DNA of 64,000 bases from Trueperaceae bacterium (GTDB lineage: Bacteria > Deinococcota > Deinococci > Deinococcales > Trueperaceae), in NCBI GenBank assembly GCA_965215565.1, contig CBDCDZ010000004.1, positions 800,001 through 864,000 on the forward strand, in the 5' to 3' direction. Shown piece after piece: positions 18,537-28,911 of this stretch (position 1 is the first letter of the stretch; each line of letters opens with the position of its first letter). The notes beneath the pieces were generated by a model that saw only the letters and a list, made by a program, of their open reading frames with translations, ran no database searches and was not told the DNA's origin. A program made the position numbers and the translations under genes.

Positions 18537-20002
18537 AACGCTACCTCTTCACCCTCCATCTTACCCGCTTCGGGCTCCAACGCCGCCATCAGCTCCCGTT
18601 TAAGCGCGTCCCGCGTCTCAGCGAGGTCGGCTAAGTGGGCTTGATACTCCGCTAAGAGGTCGTCGGGGTCGCCTAGAGCTTCCTCAACCGTATGCGGGTT
18701 CTTGATGTCCAGGTTGTAGCCGTTCGCCTTGATGTCCTCCACCGGAACGCGCCAGGCGTGGGCGTTCTCTTCGCGCTTATCCCACCACGCCTTCTCCGGG
18801 GCAAACTCGTCAATACGCATCGGCTTGGTCTTGGAGTACGACTTATAGCCCTTGGGGTAGGGGTGCTCGTAGTACCAGACCTCTTTCGTGGGTCTGCCTT
18901 TGGTGAAGAAGAGCAGGTTCGTCTTGATGCCCGTGTAGGGGTTGAAGACGCCATTGGGCAACCTCACGATGGTGTGCAGGTCGCACTCGTCCAAAAGCCG
19001 CTCTTTGATGCGCGTCTTGACGCCCTCACCGAAGAGTGTGCCGTCTGGCAAGACGAGCGCGGCGCGTCCGCCAGGTTTCAAGAGGTGCATGATGAGGACT
19101 AAGAAGAGGTCCGCCGTCTCGCGGGTGCGGTAGGTCGCGGGGAAGTTCTGCTCGATGCCGTCTTCCTCGGTGCCGCCGAAGGGTGGGTTGGTGAGCACCA
19201 CGTCTACGCGCTCGCTCGGGGCATAGTCGCGCAGAGGACGGGCTAAGGTATTGTCGTGACGAACTGAAGAGGGCACGTCAACGCCGTGCAAGAGCATGTT
19301 CGTCACGCAGAGCATGTGCGGAAGTTGCTTCTTCTCGACGCCGTGAATGGAGGCTTGTAGGGTCTCCCTATCTTCTGGTGTTTGGACGTAGGTGTCGCGC
19401 ACGTGCTCGAGCGCCGCCGTCAAGAAGCCGCCTGTACCGCACGCCGGGTCTAAGACCGTCTCGCCCAGCTTAGGGTCGGTCATGTCCACCATGAACTGTG
19501 TCACGGCTCGAGGTGTATAGAACTCACCCGCGTTGCCCGCGCTCTGCAAGTCTTTGAGGAGTTGTTCGTACAAATCGCCGAAGAGGTGCTGGTCTTTGGA
19601 GCTGTTAAAGTCGATCTCGTTCAGTTTATTGACCACTTGGCGAATCAGCGTACCGTTCTTCATGTAGTTGTAGGCGTCTTCGAAGACGCTACGGACGACG
19701 GTGGCTCGAGCGTCCCCGGCGGGCAAGTTCTTCAGCGCCGGGAAGAGGTCGGCGTTGACGAAGTCCAAGAGGGCGTCACCCGTGATGCCCTCGTCGTCGC
19801 TCGCCCAACTCTGCCAGCGCAGCCGCTCGGGGATGGGTGAGGTGTAGGCGTCGTCGAACATTTCGTGCTCTTGTTCGCGGTCGTCGAAAATTTTTAAGAA
19901 GAGCAGCCAGACGAGTTGGGAGATGCGCTGGGCGTCGCTATCTACCCCGGCGTCCCGGCGCATGATGTCTTGGATGCTTTTGACGGTGGTGCTGAGGGAC
20001 AT
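18533..20002 (-). CDS. hsdM: Type I RM N6-adenine methyltransferase
   Basis: GEFYTPR, DPACGTGGF, NPPFGG; resembles EcoAI/type IB subunits. Confidence 0.96.
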   Translation of the reverse strand: MSLSTTVKSIQDIMRRDAGVDSDAQRISQLVWLLFLKIFDDREQEHEMFDDAYTSPIPERLRWQSWASDDEGITGDALLDFVNADLFPALKNLPAGDARATVVRSVFEDAYNYMKNGTLIRQVVNKLNEIDFNSSKDQHLFGDLYEQLLKDLQSAGNAGEFYTPRAVTQFMVDMTDPKLGETVLDPACGTGGFLTAALEHVRDTYVQTPEDRETLQASIHGVEKKQLPHMLCVTNMLLHGVDVPSSVRHDNTLARPLRDYAPSERVDVVLTNPPFGGTEEDGIEQNFPATYRTRETADLFLVLIMHLLKPGGRAALVLPDGTLFGEGVKTRIKERLLDECDLHTIVRLPNGVFNPYTGIKTNLLFFTKGRPTKEVWYYEHPYPKGYKSYSKTKPMRIDEFAPEKAWWDKREENAHAWRVPVEDIKANGYNLDIKNPHTVEEALGDPDDLLAEYQAHLADLAETRDALKRELMAALEPEAGKMEGEEVAL

Positions 20003-20097
20003 GGGGTATCTTATAACGTGGGCTCGAGGTATGATCGCGACTTCTTTTTGTAGTGTGAAAGCGCTTGCTGGCTCACGTATAATTGAACCTATCTGCT

Positions 20098-23000
20098 ATG
20101 GACGGCTCTTTAGATCAACTTGTCAACTTCCCTCCCGAAGTGCGCGAAGCGCTTCAAAACGGCGCTCTCAGTTTCGCAGTCAACGTTCTCAGTAATGACT
20201 ATGTGAAGCAGCGTGCGTACATGCAGGACGAAAGGCTCAAACGCCTCAAGTTTGAAGCGGTTCCTGGAGACTACGATATTGAACGCGGCGTCCGAAAGGC
20301 TCAACTTTGGGCTACCTATAAGGTTGCTAGACATGCCGCAGAGACAGAGCCTCGTCACCAAGACTACTTCAACGGCATTGCAGACATGCTCCGAAGCGAG
20401 ATAGATAAGGTTGATAGAGACGACTATACCTTTACGAACATGCCGAGCCTCGACAAAGGAGAGATCAAGAAACTTCTACCTGGCGTCAGTATCGGTGAAG
20501 ATGAATTAGGCTGGCGACTCAAACTCACCACGTTGGCTGAACTCAAACAACGTTTTGGTTCAGAGCAAGCATTTGATACCTTGCAGCGACTTCTTCTCGG
20601 CGGATGGCAGGAGGGGGAACGTTCATTCGATTGGTTCGGTACTTTTTCAACATACTTTGCTGAGGAACGCAAAGACAATCCTGATCTAAGAGCCGCATTC
20701 GATGGATATGTATTAACCGAGATGGCGAATCAGCTCGAGCTAAACCATAGAGATGTACTCGCTCGATTAGAAGGAATCACCGACCGCTTAGCGCAAGTTA
20801 TACGGGAAGACGGTGCATCAACTCGCGCCGAGCTAAAACGCACTGCCGAGGGTGTAGGTACGCTTCTCGAGCAATCAAAGCCGAACGAGTGGTTTTTACC
20901 CCCCGGTGCATTGACGCCTGACGCCTCTCACCTCCCCCGGATTAAATCTGATTTCGTTTTTCCCCTTTCGCTAGGGGTTGAGGAAACGAATCACTCTACC
21001 CGCGATGGTGTCCAAATACTAACTGAAACTCGTACGTACGGCGAAAGCAGGGAGTTATACCGGAGGCGGCGCGTTCCCAAGCTCGCTGACACTTTTTTAG
21101 GTGAATGGGCAAGACAGCCGGGGTTATATGTAGTCACTGGAGAGCCAGGTGGTGGTAAGACCACGCTGCTAGGGTACTGGGCTAAAGAGCTGCATCAAAC
21201 TTATTTAGAAGATGACTCTCGAGCTTTCCCCCTCTATGTTTCCCTGCGGGAAATGCGTGGCACTGATAAAACTATTCTTCACGACCAGGGGGTACAACGG
21301 TACTTCAATCGTAAAGGATTGTGGGGCTACGAGATAGATGTGAGTCCTTACTGGAGCGGCGAGCGCAGAGCAATTTGGCTTCTTGACGGTTGGGATGAGC
21401 TAGAACCAACCGAGCAGGAAGATTGGCTAACTATCGCACGGTCGCTAAAAGGAACTGTGATTGTTAGCTGCCGAGCAGCCCAGTACCAAGGCAACTTAGG
21501 TCCTGACCACCTCATTATAGGGCTGAGCAAAGAGGAACAAGCGCGGTTCCTCAAAGGGCTCATACCTTCTCTTCGTATAGAAGACTCTACCGCCTACGCT
21601 AACGCTGACACAAGCTGGCGTGACGAGTTACTAGGCGAGGTTGAAAAACACCATCATCTACGCGAATTAGCTAGTAACCCCTTGCTACTTACTTTGATTG
21701 CACGGACGAATCCACCCGGCAAGGTTCAATTGCCTAGAAACCGAGAAGCATTCTACGGAGAAACGTTCGACTATATAGTGAAGCGACGCTTACCCGACCT
21801 AAATTATCGGGAGAAGCGCGACCTCAAAGCTGCACTCAAAGCAGTTGCAAGCCGGGCGCAGCTTGACCTTGTGATCAGTGAAGATGTTTTCTGGTCAGCG
21901 CTTGATGAGGTAAATGCATCTTCAAAAGTCGAGGAGCGGGCAAAAAGTTGCGGTATTCTTCAACCTAAAGGTAGCGGATACGAGTTTCTACACGCTACTT
22001 TTCAAGAATGGTTTTTAGCCCAAACCCTAGCCCAAAGTGGCGCATTAGTTGATGCTTTAGAAGCTCATTGGCGGAAGCCGAATTATGAGGAAACGTTAGC
22101 GCTCTTGTGGAGTATGGAAGCACCAGATGAGCGCTTCGCTGCCACAAAGTTTTTGCTTAACGTAGGGTGCCAATCTCAGGTCAATCAAGGTGAAGAAACA
22201 CAAGGTAAATATAAACGTAGTGGTATACGTACAGCTTTACACCTATGGCACCGAAGCGGGCTTCCCGTCGAGTCAAAGAGTCTGGAGCAGCTTTGGAACG
22301 AATTGCTAAGTAGTAATACTCCCAACAATCTTCGCGTCCTTGCAGCGGCAAGAAATGATAGGACACCCGTCGAAATACTCAAGCTAATGAAAGATAAGGT
22401 TGAGGAAGTGCGTTTGGATGTCGCTAGCAACCCAAACGCTACCGAGATGATGTTGTTAGAGCTAATGAAAGATGAGATCGCGATGGTGCGTCGGCGTGTC
22501 GCTAGCAATTCAAACGCCACTGAGCTGATGCTATTAGAGCTAATGAATGATAAGGATATGATGGTGCGTCGGCGTGTCGCCAGCAACTCAAATGCCACCG
22601 AACCTATACTGCTTGAGCTTATGAAAGATGAAAATGGAGGGGTGCGCCAGTATGTTGCCAGTAACCCAAACGCTACCGAGGCGGTGCTGTTAGAGTTGAC
22701 GAAAGATAAGGATAAACACGTACGTCAGAATACAGCCAGCAATCCAAACGCTACCGAGGTGGTGCTGTTAGAGCTGATGAATGATGAGGATGTGATGGTG
22801 CGTTGGCATGTTGATCGCAATCCAAACGCCACCGAATCTATGCTGCGTGAGCTTGTGGAAGACGGAGGAGTGCATTGGAGTATAGCCCGCAATCCAAACG
22901 CCGCCGAAGCAGTTCTGCTTGAGCTAATGAATGATGAGGATAAGCATATACATCGGAATGTCGCCCGCAACTCAACTACCACCGAGGCAGTGCTGTTAAA

Positions 23001-23310
23001 GCTGATAAAAGATAAGGACAAATATGTACGTCGGGGTGTCGCCCGCAACCCAAATGCTACCGAGACAGTTCTACTTGAGCTAATGAATGATGAGGATGAA
23101 TATGTGCGTCAGAACGTCGCCAGCAACTCGAACGCCACCGAGGTGGTGCTATTAGAGTTGACGAAAGATAAGGATACGATGGTGCGTCGGAATGTCGTCA
23201 GCAACCCAACCACTACCGAGGCAGTGCTGATCAAACTAACAAGAGATGAGAATAAGCATGTGCGAGAAGCTGTGGCTACTAATCTAAACACCTGCCTCGA
23301 GTGGCTCTAA
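20098..23310 (+). CDS. NACHT/STAND NTPase with C-terminal 26-aa LRV/HEAT-like repeats
   Basis: GEPGGGKTT, WLLDGWDE, VSCR, NPLLLTL, FLHATFQEW; about 12-13 repeats of VRxxVASNPNATExxLLELMxD. Start may be 20083. Confidence 0.88.
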   Translation: MDGSLDQLVNFPPEVREALQNGALSFAVNVLSNDYVKQRAYMQDERLKRLKFEAVPGDYDIERGVRKAQLWATYKVARHAAETEPRHQDYFNGIADMLRSEIDKVDRDDYTFTNMPSLDKGEIKKLLPGVSIGEDELGWRLKLTTLAELKQRFGSEQAFDTLQRLLLGGWQEGERSFDWFGTFSTYFAEERKDNPDLRAAFDGYVLTEMANQLELNHRDVLARLEGITDRLAQVIREDGASTRAELKRTAEGVGTLLEQSKPNEWFLPPGALTPDASHLPRIKSDFVFPLSLGVEETNHSTRDGVQILTETRTYGESRELYRRRRVPKLADTFLGEWARQPGLYVVTGEPGGGKTTLLGYWAKELHQTYLEDDSRAFPLYVSLREMRGTDKTILHDQGVQRYFNRKGLWGYEIDVSPYWSGERRAIWLLDGWDELEPTEQEDWLTIARSLKGTVIVSCRAAQYQGNLGPDHLIIGLSKEEQARFLKGLIPSLRIEDSTAYANADTSWRDELLGEVEKHHHLRELASNPLLLTLIARTNPPGKVQLPRNREAFYGETFDYIVKRRLPDLNYREKRDLKAALKAVASRAQLDLVISEDVFWSALDEVNASSKVEERAKSCGILQPKGSGYEFLHATFQEWFLAQTLAQSGALVDALEAHWRKPNYEETLALLWSMEAPDERFAATKFLLNVGCQSQVNQGEETQGKYKRSGIRTALHLWHRSGLPVESKSLEQLWNELLSSNTPNNLRVLAAARNDRTPVEILKLMKDKVEEVRLDVASNPNATEMMLLELMKDEIAMVRRRVASNSNATELMLLELMNDKDMMVRRRVASNSNATEPILLELMKDENGGVRQYVASNPNATEAVLLELTKDKDKHVRQNTASNPNATEVVLLELMNDEDVMVRWHVDRNPNATESMLRELVEDGGVHWSIARNPNAAEAVLLELMNDEDKHIHRNVARNSTTTEAVLLKLIKDKDKYVRRGVARNPNATETVLLELMNDEDEYVRQNVASNSNATEVVLLELTKDKDTMVRRNVVSNPTTTEAVLIKLTRDENKHVREAVATNLNTCLEWL
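22408..23290 (+). repeat. Coding tandem repeat array, about 78-bp period, about 12 units
   Basis: Recurring GTCGCyAGCAAyyCAAAyGCyACCGAG..GCTGTTAGAGCTrATGAA units within the NACHT gene. Confidence 0.85.
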
Positions 23311-23342
23311 CCCCATCTAATTTACCAGCGCACTTAACATCT

Positions 23343-25691
23343 CTAAGCCGCGTAAAGCTCCATCTCCAATCCCTGCAACGCCGCCAAATACTGCTGCTTC
23401 CCCCCAAAGTGCTTGATAAGCTCAACAGGCGACCCCAACGCACTAATCGGCTGCACCTTGAGCACACTGAAGTCTTCAATGCTCTCAATCCCAGCGTCCG
23501 CATACTTCTCCAAAAGCGCGTCCAACACCTTCCGCGCCTCTTCGCTGTACGACGAGAAGTACCCCCGTTTGCGGACACTCTCCGCCCGCTCACGCCGCGT
23601 CAAGGGCGGCTGGTCGTAGACGATATGGCAGATGAGGTCGAAGGGGTCGTAGTCCTTGCCGACCTTCTTCTGAAGCTCTTCGAATAGGATGCCCTGCTCT
23701 TCTAGCTCAGCGATGATGGCGTGTTTCTGCTCGGTGCGCGTCCAGGACTGTAAGAAGGACTCCAAGGTGCTGTACTCGCGCCTCACCGCCTTGCGGGTGT
23801 AGTCGGTGAGCGACTCGGTGATGAGCTTGCCGCCCGGTCCGTAATACTGCACGCGCTCGGCGATGACGGACACGTCGATGTCACGCACCGTGTACTTCCT
23901 GCGCCGTTCACCCTCGCCGATGGAGAAGGCGATGTCGGGCTCGAGTTCCTGCGCTTCCTCGCCCTGGTCTTCATCCTCGGGCGGTACAGGCGACTCGTCC
24001 GTCTCAGGCTCGTAAATCTGCACGGGCTCCCCGTCGAAGTCGGGGTCGGCGAAGAGTTCGGTCGCCTTCTTGAAGTCCATGATGGTGAAGAACTGTTTGC
24101 CGTAGTCCTCGGCGACCCGCGTGCCTCGTCCGATAATCTGCTTGAACTCGGTCATGGAGTTGATGCGCCTGTCTAAGACGATGAGCTTGCAGGTCTGCGC
24201 GTCTACTCCGGTAGTCATGAGCTTGGAGGTCGTGACGATGACCGGGTAGGGCTCCCAGGGCAAGATGAAGTTGTCCAGCTCGGCTTTCCCCTCGGCGTCG
24301 TCCCCGGTGATGCGCATGACGTACTTGTAGTTCTCGGCGACCTTATCCATGTTCTCGTTGATAAGCGCTTGACGCATCCTGCGGGCGTGGTCGATGTCCT
24401 CGCAGAAGACGATGGTCTTACCCATGCGGTCGGTTTGTCTGAGGTAGTCCGAGACCTTCTTGGCGACGAGGCGGGTGCGGGGCTCTAAAACGAGGTTTCG
24501 GTCGTAGTCCATCTGGTTGTAGATGCGGTCCTCTATTTCCACGCCGTAGGAGTCGCGCTGCCCCGCCTCGGGTCGCCAGCCCGTAAGGTCCTTGTCGATG
24601 TCGATACGCACGACCTTGTAGGGCGCTAAGAAGCCGTCGTTGATGCCCTCTTTGAGCGAGTAGGTGTAGACGGGCTCGCCGAAGTAGTGGATGTTCGATA
24701 CGTCTGCCGTCTCTTTGGGTGTCGCCGTCAAGCCTATCTGCGTCGCCCCGGAGAAATACGCCAAGATTCTGCGCCAGTTCGAGTTCTCCTTAGCACTCCC
24801 TCGGTGGCACTCGTCAATCACGATGAGGTCGAAGAAGTCGGGGGAGAACTGCGTGTAGATGTCGGCGTCGATCTCGTTGCCCGTCACCGCTTGGTAGAGC
24901 GAGAGGTAAATCTCGTAGCTCTTGTCCACCGTGCGGTTGCTGATCTTCGTCATCGCCCCGCCGAAGGGCTTGAAGTCGTTCGTCTTGGCTTGGTCTACCA
25001 AGATGTTGCGGTCGGCGAGGAAGAGGATGCGCTTCTTCGTGCCTGACTTCCACAAGCGCCAGATGATTTGGAAGGCGGTGTAGGTCTTGCCCGTCCCTGT
25101 TGCCATGACGAGGAGGATGCGGTCTTGCCCTTTGGCGATGGCTTCGACGGTGCGGTTGATGGCTTTGACCTGGTAGTAGCGCGGCGCACGCCCCGAGCCG
25201 TCGTCGTAGTAGGGCTGCACGGCGACGCGCTCGACCTCAGTGTCCTCCAAGCCCTTCCAGGCTTTGTAGCGCCGCCAGAGTTCGTCGGGGGAGGGGAACT
25301 GCTCCAAGGTCAGCTCTTGCTCTGGTATAGCAGCATTACCCATGCGGTCATGGAAGATGAACCCATCGCCGTTGGAAGTGAAGATGAAGAGTACGCCCAG
25401 CATCTCGCCGTATCTGAGGGCTTGCTGCATCCCGTCGCCTACACCGTGCGTGTTGTCCTTCGCTTCCACGATGGCGAGCGGGATGTTGGGGCTGTGGTAG
25501 AGGATGTAGTCGGCGCGTTTGGTCTCACCGCGCTTGGCGGTCTGTCCCCGCACGATGATGCGCCCTTTGGTAAACGTGACCTCTTCGCGTATTTGCGTCT
25601 GCACGTCCCAACCCGCCTGCTTGATAGCGGGGGTGATGTACTTGGTGCAGATGTCGCGTTCGGATAGGGCTTGTTTGTTGATGTGCGTCAC
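23343..25691 (-). CDS. hsdR: Type I restriction subunit R (EcoAI/EcoEI-like)
   Basis: [24 protein letters not shown] nuclease motif, [23 protein letters not shown]. Confidence 0.96.
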   Translation of the reverse strand: MTHINKQALSERDICTKYITPAIKQAGWDVQTQIREEVTFTKGRIIVRGQTAKRGETKRADYILYHSPNIPLAIVEAKDNTHGVGDGMQQALRYGEMLGVLFIFTSNGDGFIFHDRMGNAAIPEQELTLEQFPSPDELWRRYKAWKGLEDTEVERVAVQPYYDDGSGRAPRYYQVKAINRTVEAIAKGQDRILLVMATGTGKTYTAFQIIWRLWKSGTKKRILFLADRNILVDQAKTNDFKPFGGAMTKISNRTVDKSYEIYLSLYQAVTGNEIDADIYTQFSPDFFDLIVIDECHRGSAKENSNWRRILAYFSGATQIGLTATPKETADVSNIHYFGEPVYTYSLKEGINDGFLAPYKVVRIDIDKDLTGWRPEAGQRDSYGVEIEDRIYNQMDYDRNLVLEPRTRLVAKKVSDYLRQTDRMGKTIVFCEDIDHARRMRQALINENMDKVAENYKYVMRITGDDAEGKAELDNFILPWEPYPVIVTTSKLMTTGVDAQTCKLIVLDRRINSMTEFKQIIGRGTRVAEDYGKQFFTIMDFKKATELFADPDFDGEPVQIYEPETDESPVPPEDEDQGEEAQELEPDIAFSIGEGERRRKYTVRDIDVSVIAERVQYYGPGGKLITESLTDYTRKAVRREYSTLESFLQSWTRTEQKHAIIAELEEQGILFEELQKKVGKDYDPFDLICHIVYDQPPLTRRERAESVRKRGYFSSYSEEARKVLDALLEKYADAGIESIEDFSVLKVQPISALGSPVELIKHFGGKQQYLAALQGLEMELYAA

Positions 25692-25923
25692 GTGAGGGTC
25701 TATCCTACCGTGTTGGACGTTAAAGGGTTAGAGATTAGGTCACGGCTGTGTGCCTTACAGCAGGAGAACGCTTGCTTTACTGTCGAGCACGGTTCGCTTC
25801 GGCATAAGAAAAGAGTTGCGAAGCGTTCCACCTACGTGTTTGCACAAGACTTGACAGCAGTGTCTAAAACCACAGCAGACGTCTCATCGCAAATCCTTCT
25901 CCCTCTCATCAAACATAAGATGG

Positions 25924-25941
25924 TGTGTACTAACGTACACA
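25924..25941. promoter_or_regulatory. Putative XRE operator palindrome
   Basis: TGTGTAC-TAAC-GTACACA immediately before the AAGGAGG RBS of the first XRE gene; TTGACA at 25851. Confidence 0.5.
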
Positions 25942-25956
25942 TAAGGAGGTAGGGGA

Positions 25957-26205
25957 ATGGCTCATAGTTTGGAACTCGACGAAATGCTCGTCACGGTTGC
26001 CTGCCGCGTTAAGACCATGCGCACACAGGGTGGCATGATGCCTGAAGACCTAGCCGATAAAGCGCAGATCGACTTACCTGTCGTACACGAGATTGAGGCG
26101 GCGCGGCGCAACATGACCTTAACGGAACTCTACCGGCTCGCCAGGGCTTTCGACGTCTGGCCCAGCGACCTCGTTGCAGACTTTCCGGGGGATGCGTCAC
26201 AATGA
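25957..26205 (+). CDS. XRE-family HTH regulator
   Basis: RVKTMR...EDLADKA...IEAARRNMTLTELYRLARAFDV. Confidence 0.8.
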   Translation: MAHSLELDEMLVTVACRVKTMRTQGGMMPEDLADKAQIDLPVVHEIEAARRNMTLTELYRLARAFDVWPSDLVADFPGDASQ

Positions 26206-26209
26206 CGTC

Positions 26210-26461
26210 ATGGCTAATCAAAAGAGGGCGTTCAGTCCCGAGTTCGAGGCGTTTAGAGACGCAGTGGGCGTGCGCGTCGCAGAAGTTCGTAGAGACAAAG
26301 GACTGACCCAAGCTGAACTCGCAGAGAAGACGGAGTTACAGCGTACTCACATCAGCCGCATCGAGAACGGTCAGAAGGACCTGAACCTATCGACGCTCTA
26401 CAGATTGGCGAAAGAACTCGAGGTGCGCCCTAGCTACCTTATCGACGTAGCCTTTCCTTAG
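26210..26461 (+). CDS. XRE-family HTH regulator
   Basis: LTQAELAEKTELQRTHISRIENGQKDLNLSTLYRLA. Confidence 0.9.
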   Translation: MANQKRAFSPEFEAFRDAVGVRVAEVRRDKGLTQAELAEKTELQRTHISRIENGQKDLNLSTLYRLAKELEVRPSYLIDVAFP

Positions 26462-26522
26462 AGGAGGGAGGGACGAGTCTCGAGCGCTGCTATTTCGACA
26501 AGGTATCGTAAGGGAGAGAGCT

Positions 26523-27056
26523 TTGCCGATAACGCTCAACGGTATTTCCGTTCATGCCCGCTCTGACGACGTTGAACGTCGAGCGCTCGCACGATGCGGT
26601 CATCTCTTCTTGAGGAAGCCGATAACTTTGTTGCTCGATGATCGACCCGGCTACGCTTTAGAGGCGCTTCCTTCGCTAGCTAGACCCATATTGCTTGTCA
26701 CCGCGAACCGCTCGCCCCACTACCTCCTGGACCTGCTTGACGAGCAGCCGGAGGGTCTGCTGGTGACGCGAGCACTGCCGCCGAATCTAATTTGCCACCT
26801 TATGCGGGTAGCAGCAGGGGAGCGTTTCTACGAGGGTCCGCCGCCTAGTCAAACGCTCCTGACACCGCGCGAGCGCGAGGTGCTGCGACGCACGATGTAC
26901 GGGGAGAGCATCGAGGCATTGGCGCGGTCGCTCGGCATCATTCCCTACACCGCAGGAGAACACCTCAGGCACATCATGGAGAAACTCGGTGTGGAGCGCA
27001 GTGTCGAACTGGCTTTGGCTTACTTCGCTGGGGACACAGCCCAGCTTGTCGTATGA
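26523..27056 (+). CDS. LuxR-type HTH regulator with degenerate receiver-like N-terminus
   Basis: VAAGERF...LTPREREVL...HIMEKLGV. Confidence 0.75.
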   Translation: MPITLNGISVHARSDDVERRALARCGHLFLRKPITLLLDDRPGYALEALPSLARPILLVTANRSPHYLLDLLDEQPEGLLVTRALPPNLICHLMRVAAGERFYEGPPPSQTLLTPREREVLRRTMYGESIEALARSLGIIPYTAGEHLRHIMEKLGVERSVELALAYFAGDTAQLVV

Positions 27057-27328
27057 GGAAAACGACGAAGAACACCCCAGAGGTACAGGACTATCGCCTT
27101 AGCGAACTCGAGCGTGATTACGAAGCTATGACGAAGCAGATTTACCGCATGGCGCTGCGCCACGAAGATATCAGGCAGGAGGTCAGACAATCGAGGGAGG
27201 AGACAAAACGGGGATTGGATGATTTAGGTGATCTTCTACGTAGCCGCTCTTTCTGGACGATATTTACGCTCCTAGCTGGCCTCTTTTTTCTCGCTATCCT
27301 GATCGTTGAAATTCGCATGAGCCTGTAG
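27053..27328 (+). CDS. Small coiled-coil protein with C-terminal TM helix
   Basis: ATGA overlap with the upstream gene; FWTIFTLLAGLFFLAILIV. Confidence 0.65.
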   Translation: MRKTTKNTPEVQDYRLSELERDYEAMTKQIYRMALRHEDIRQEVRQSREETKRGLDDLGDLLRSRSFWTIFTLLAGLFFLAILIVEIRMSL

Positions 27329-27430
27329 CATCTGTACAACACCACCCACGCCGCTACAAAGCCCAACGCTCTTCTGAGGTGAACGTGAGCTGATTGAGTT
27401 GTGTCACTCCGATAAAGCAAAACTCTTTAC

Positions 27431-28417
27431 TTAGCCTACTTCTTCCTCTCGCTCGCGCATCTGTAAAATTGTCTCAAAAATAATGTCTTCATCGTCATCG
27501 ACTTGGATGTTTTGGCTTTCAAGATGGCAGACGGCTTCACGGAACTCTAACCCGCTCACCACCGGAAGAGATTTGGGTGCGCAAGGGAGAGGGAGGTAAA
27601 TGCGTAGTTTAGGTTCGAAATACCAATCGCGGTTCTCAATTCGTTCGTCGCCGCGGATGGTAAATCTACGCTTTTTGGTTTTAGAGTAGGGCGCGTCTAT
27701 CCAAGGTCTTATAGGATTGCGAAAGTAATCAACGTAGTTAAAGCGGGTGCTGAAACTTTGAGGCCGAGGCGCGCTAGGATACGCAAAAATAGCGTTCCTA
27801 CGGTAATTAGGGTTGTGATATCTATTAGATTCAGTTACCGGTTTCCGTCTTGCCAGATATCTGTAAAAGCTAGCTCGACTTATCCTCCATCTCCGACACA
27901 TTTCTTCGATAGAGAACCCCATGAACTTGTTTTGGTGGATTATATATCGATAGAGGTCCTCCCCAAGAGCTACTGGACGACCTCGGTTTCGAATATTCCA
28001 TCTTTTCTGGGTCAATAGACGATTGAGTCTTCTTTTCTCTCTTCGTCTCATTAACTTGAATAAGACTAGCGGCTTAGGTCCACTAACACCGCTCGGCAAC
28101 CACTTAGAAGTCAGATGAGTTAGGCACCGCCTAGCTCTTTGCTTTCCCAGCCTCTTCTTGATGCGGCCAAGTACCCAGACTTCAACCCGCTCAATTGTGC
28201 GACTCACTGTAGAGACCGCAACGCCGTATTGAGTTGCAAGCTCCGACAGAGAAGCAGGCTGCATCCAAAAGCGGTGTGTGAGCTTCGCCTGTTCAAGCGG
28301 GTCGAAAACAGACTGAGTTCCCCTCGTACCCTGTTGGCGAGCTTCAACATACTCATCGAGAAGTCTTTCTGCCTCCTCAACCGCTTCGGAGTAAAGATCA
28401 AATTCCCAAATTGCCAT
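27431..28417 (-). CDS. Hypothetical basic protein with two HTH motifs
   Basis: SLSELATQYGVAVSTVSRTI and RGRP...SIEEMCRRWRISRASFYRYL (resolvase-type HTH); divergent from tnsA. Confidence 0.7.
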   Translation of the reverse strand: MAIWEFDLYSEAVEEAERLLDEYVEARQQGTRGTQSVFDPLEQAKLTHRFWMQPASLSELATQYGVAVSTVSRTIERVEVWVLGRIKKRLGKQRARRCLTHLTSKWLPSGVSGPKPLVLFKLMRRREKRRLNRLLTQKRWNIRNRGRPVALGEDLYRYIIHQNKFMGFSIEEMCRRWRISRASFYRYLARRKPVTESNRYHNPNYRRNAIFAYPSAPRPQSFSTRFNYVDYFRNPIRPWIDAPYSKTKKRRFTIRGDERIENRDWYFEPKLRIYLPLPCAPKSLPVVSGLEFREAVCHLESQNIQVDDDEDIIFETILQMREREEEVG

Positions 28418-28911
28418 TCGTGGGCCCAACACACAACGATTCTACTAGATACTAGTCTTATGTGCAAAATAAGAAACTTTTCGAGACATATTGGAGAAGT
28501 CGTTTATCCACTCTCAAACTCGAAAACTCACTTAATAACGTAGTAATTTCAAGTACCACGCGGCAGAAAAGATGAGAGTAAGTACGTCCTAGACGCATTT
28601 GACAGCGTTTATGGAAGTCTGCTATGACTGTGTTAAAGGGCTAGGTGAAAAGAATGTAATAAGTACTTTTAGCGGCTTTTCAATATAGGAAATCTCGGTT
28701 ATTTGCAGTAACCGAGAAATCCAGATGATCTAATTTGCTTCCGACCTAGTGAGCAGCTTAGACCATCTGGACAGGTGCCGTCAACCCTCGAGAAAGGGAG
28801 TAAGGATGCTGTCCAAGTTAGGAAAAAACTTTTTCGTAGACGCTAATCTCAAGCAAAACGGAGTGCAAATTTACCAAGGGCTCGTTGCTGACGCCTCCAT
28901 TGCTGCTGTAA

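Noticed and set aside
22408..23290. CRISPR-like periodic DNA
   Set aside because: Period is about 78 bp and in frame, encoding protein repeats.
28527..28543. DdrO/RDRM radiation-response motif upstream of tnsA
   Set aside because: Only one half-site (TTAATAACGTA) matches; too weak to call.
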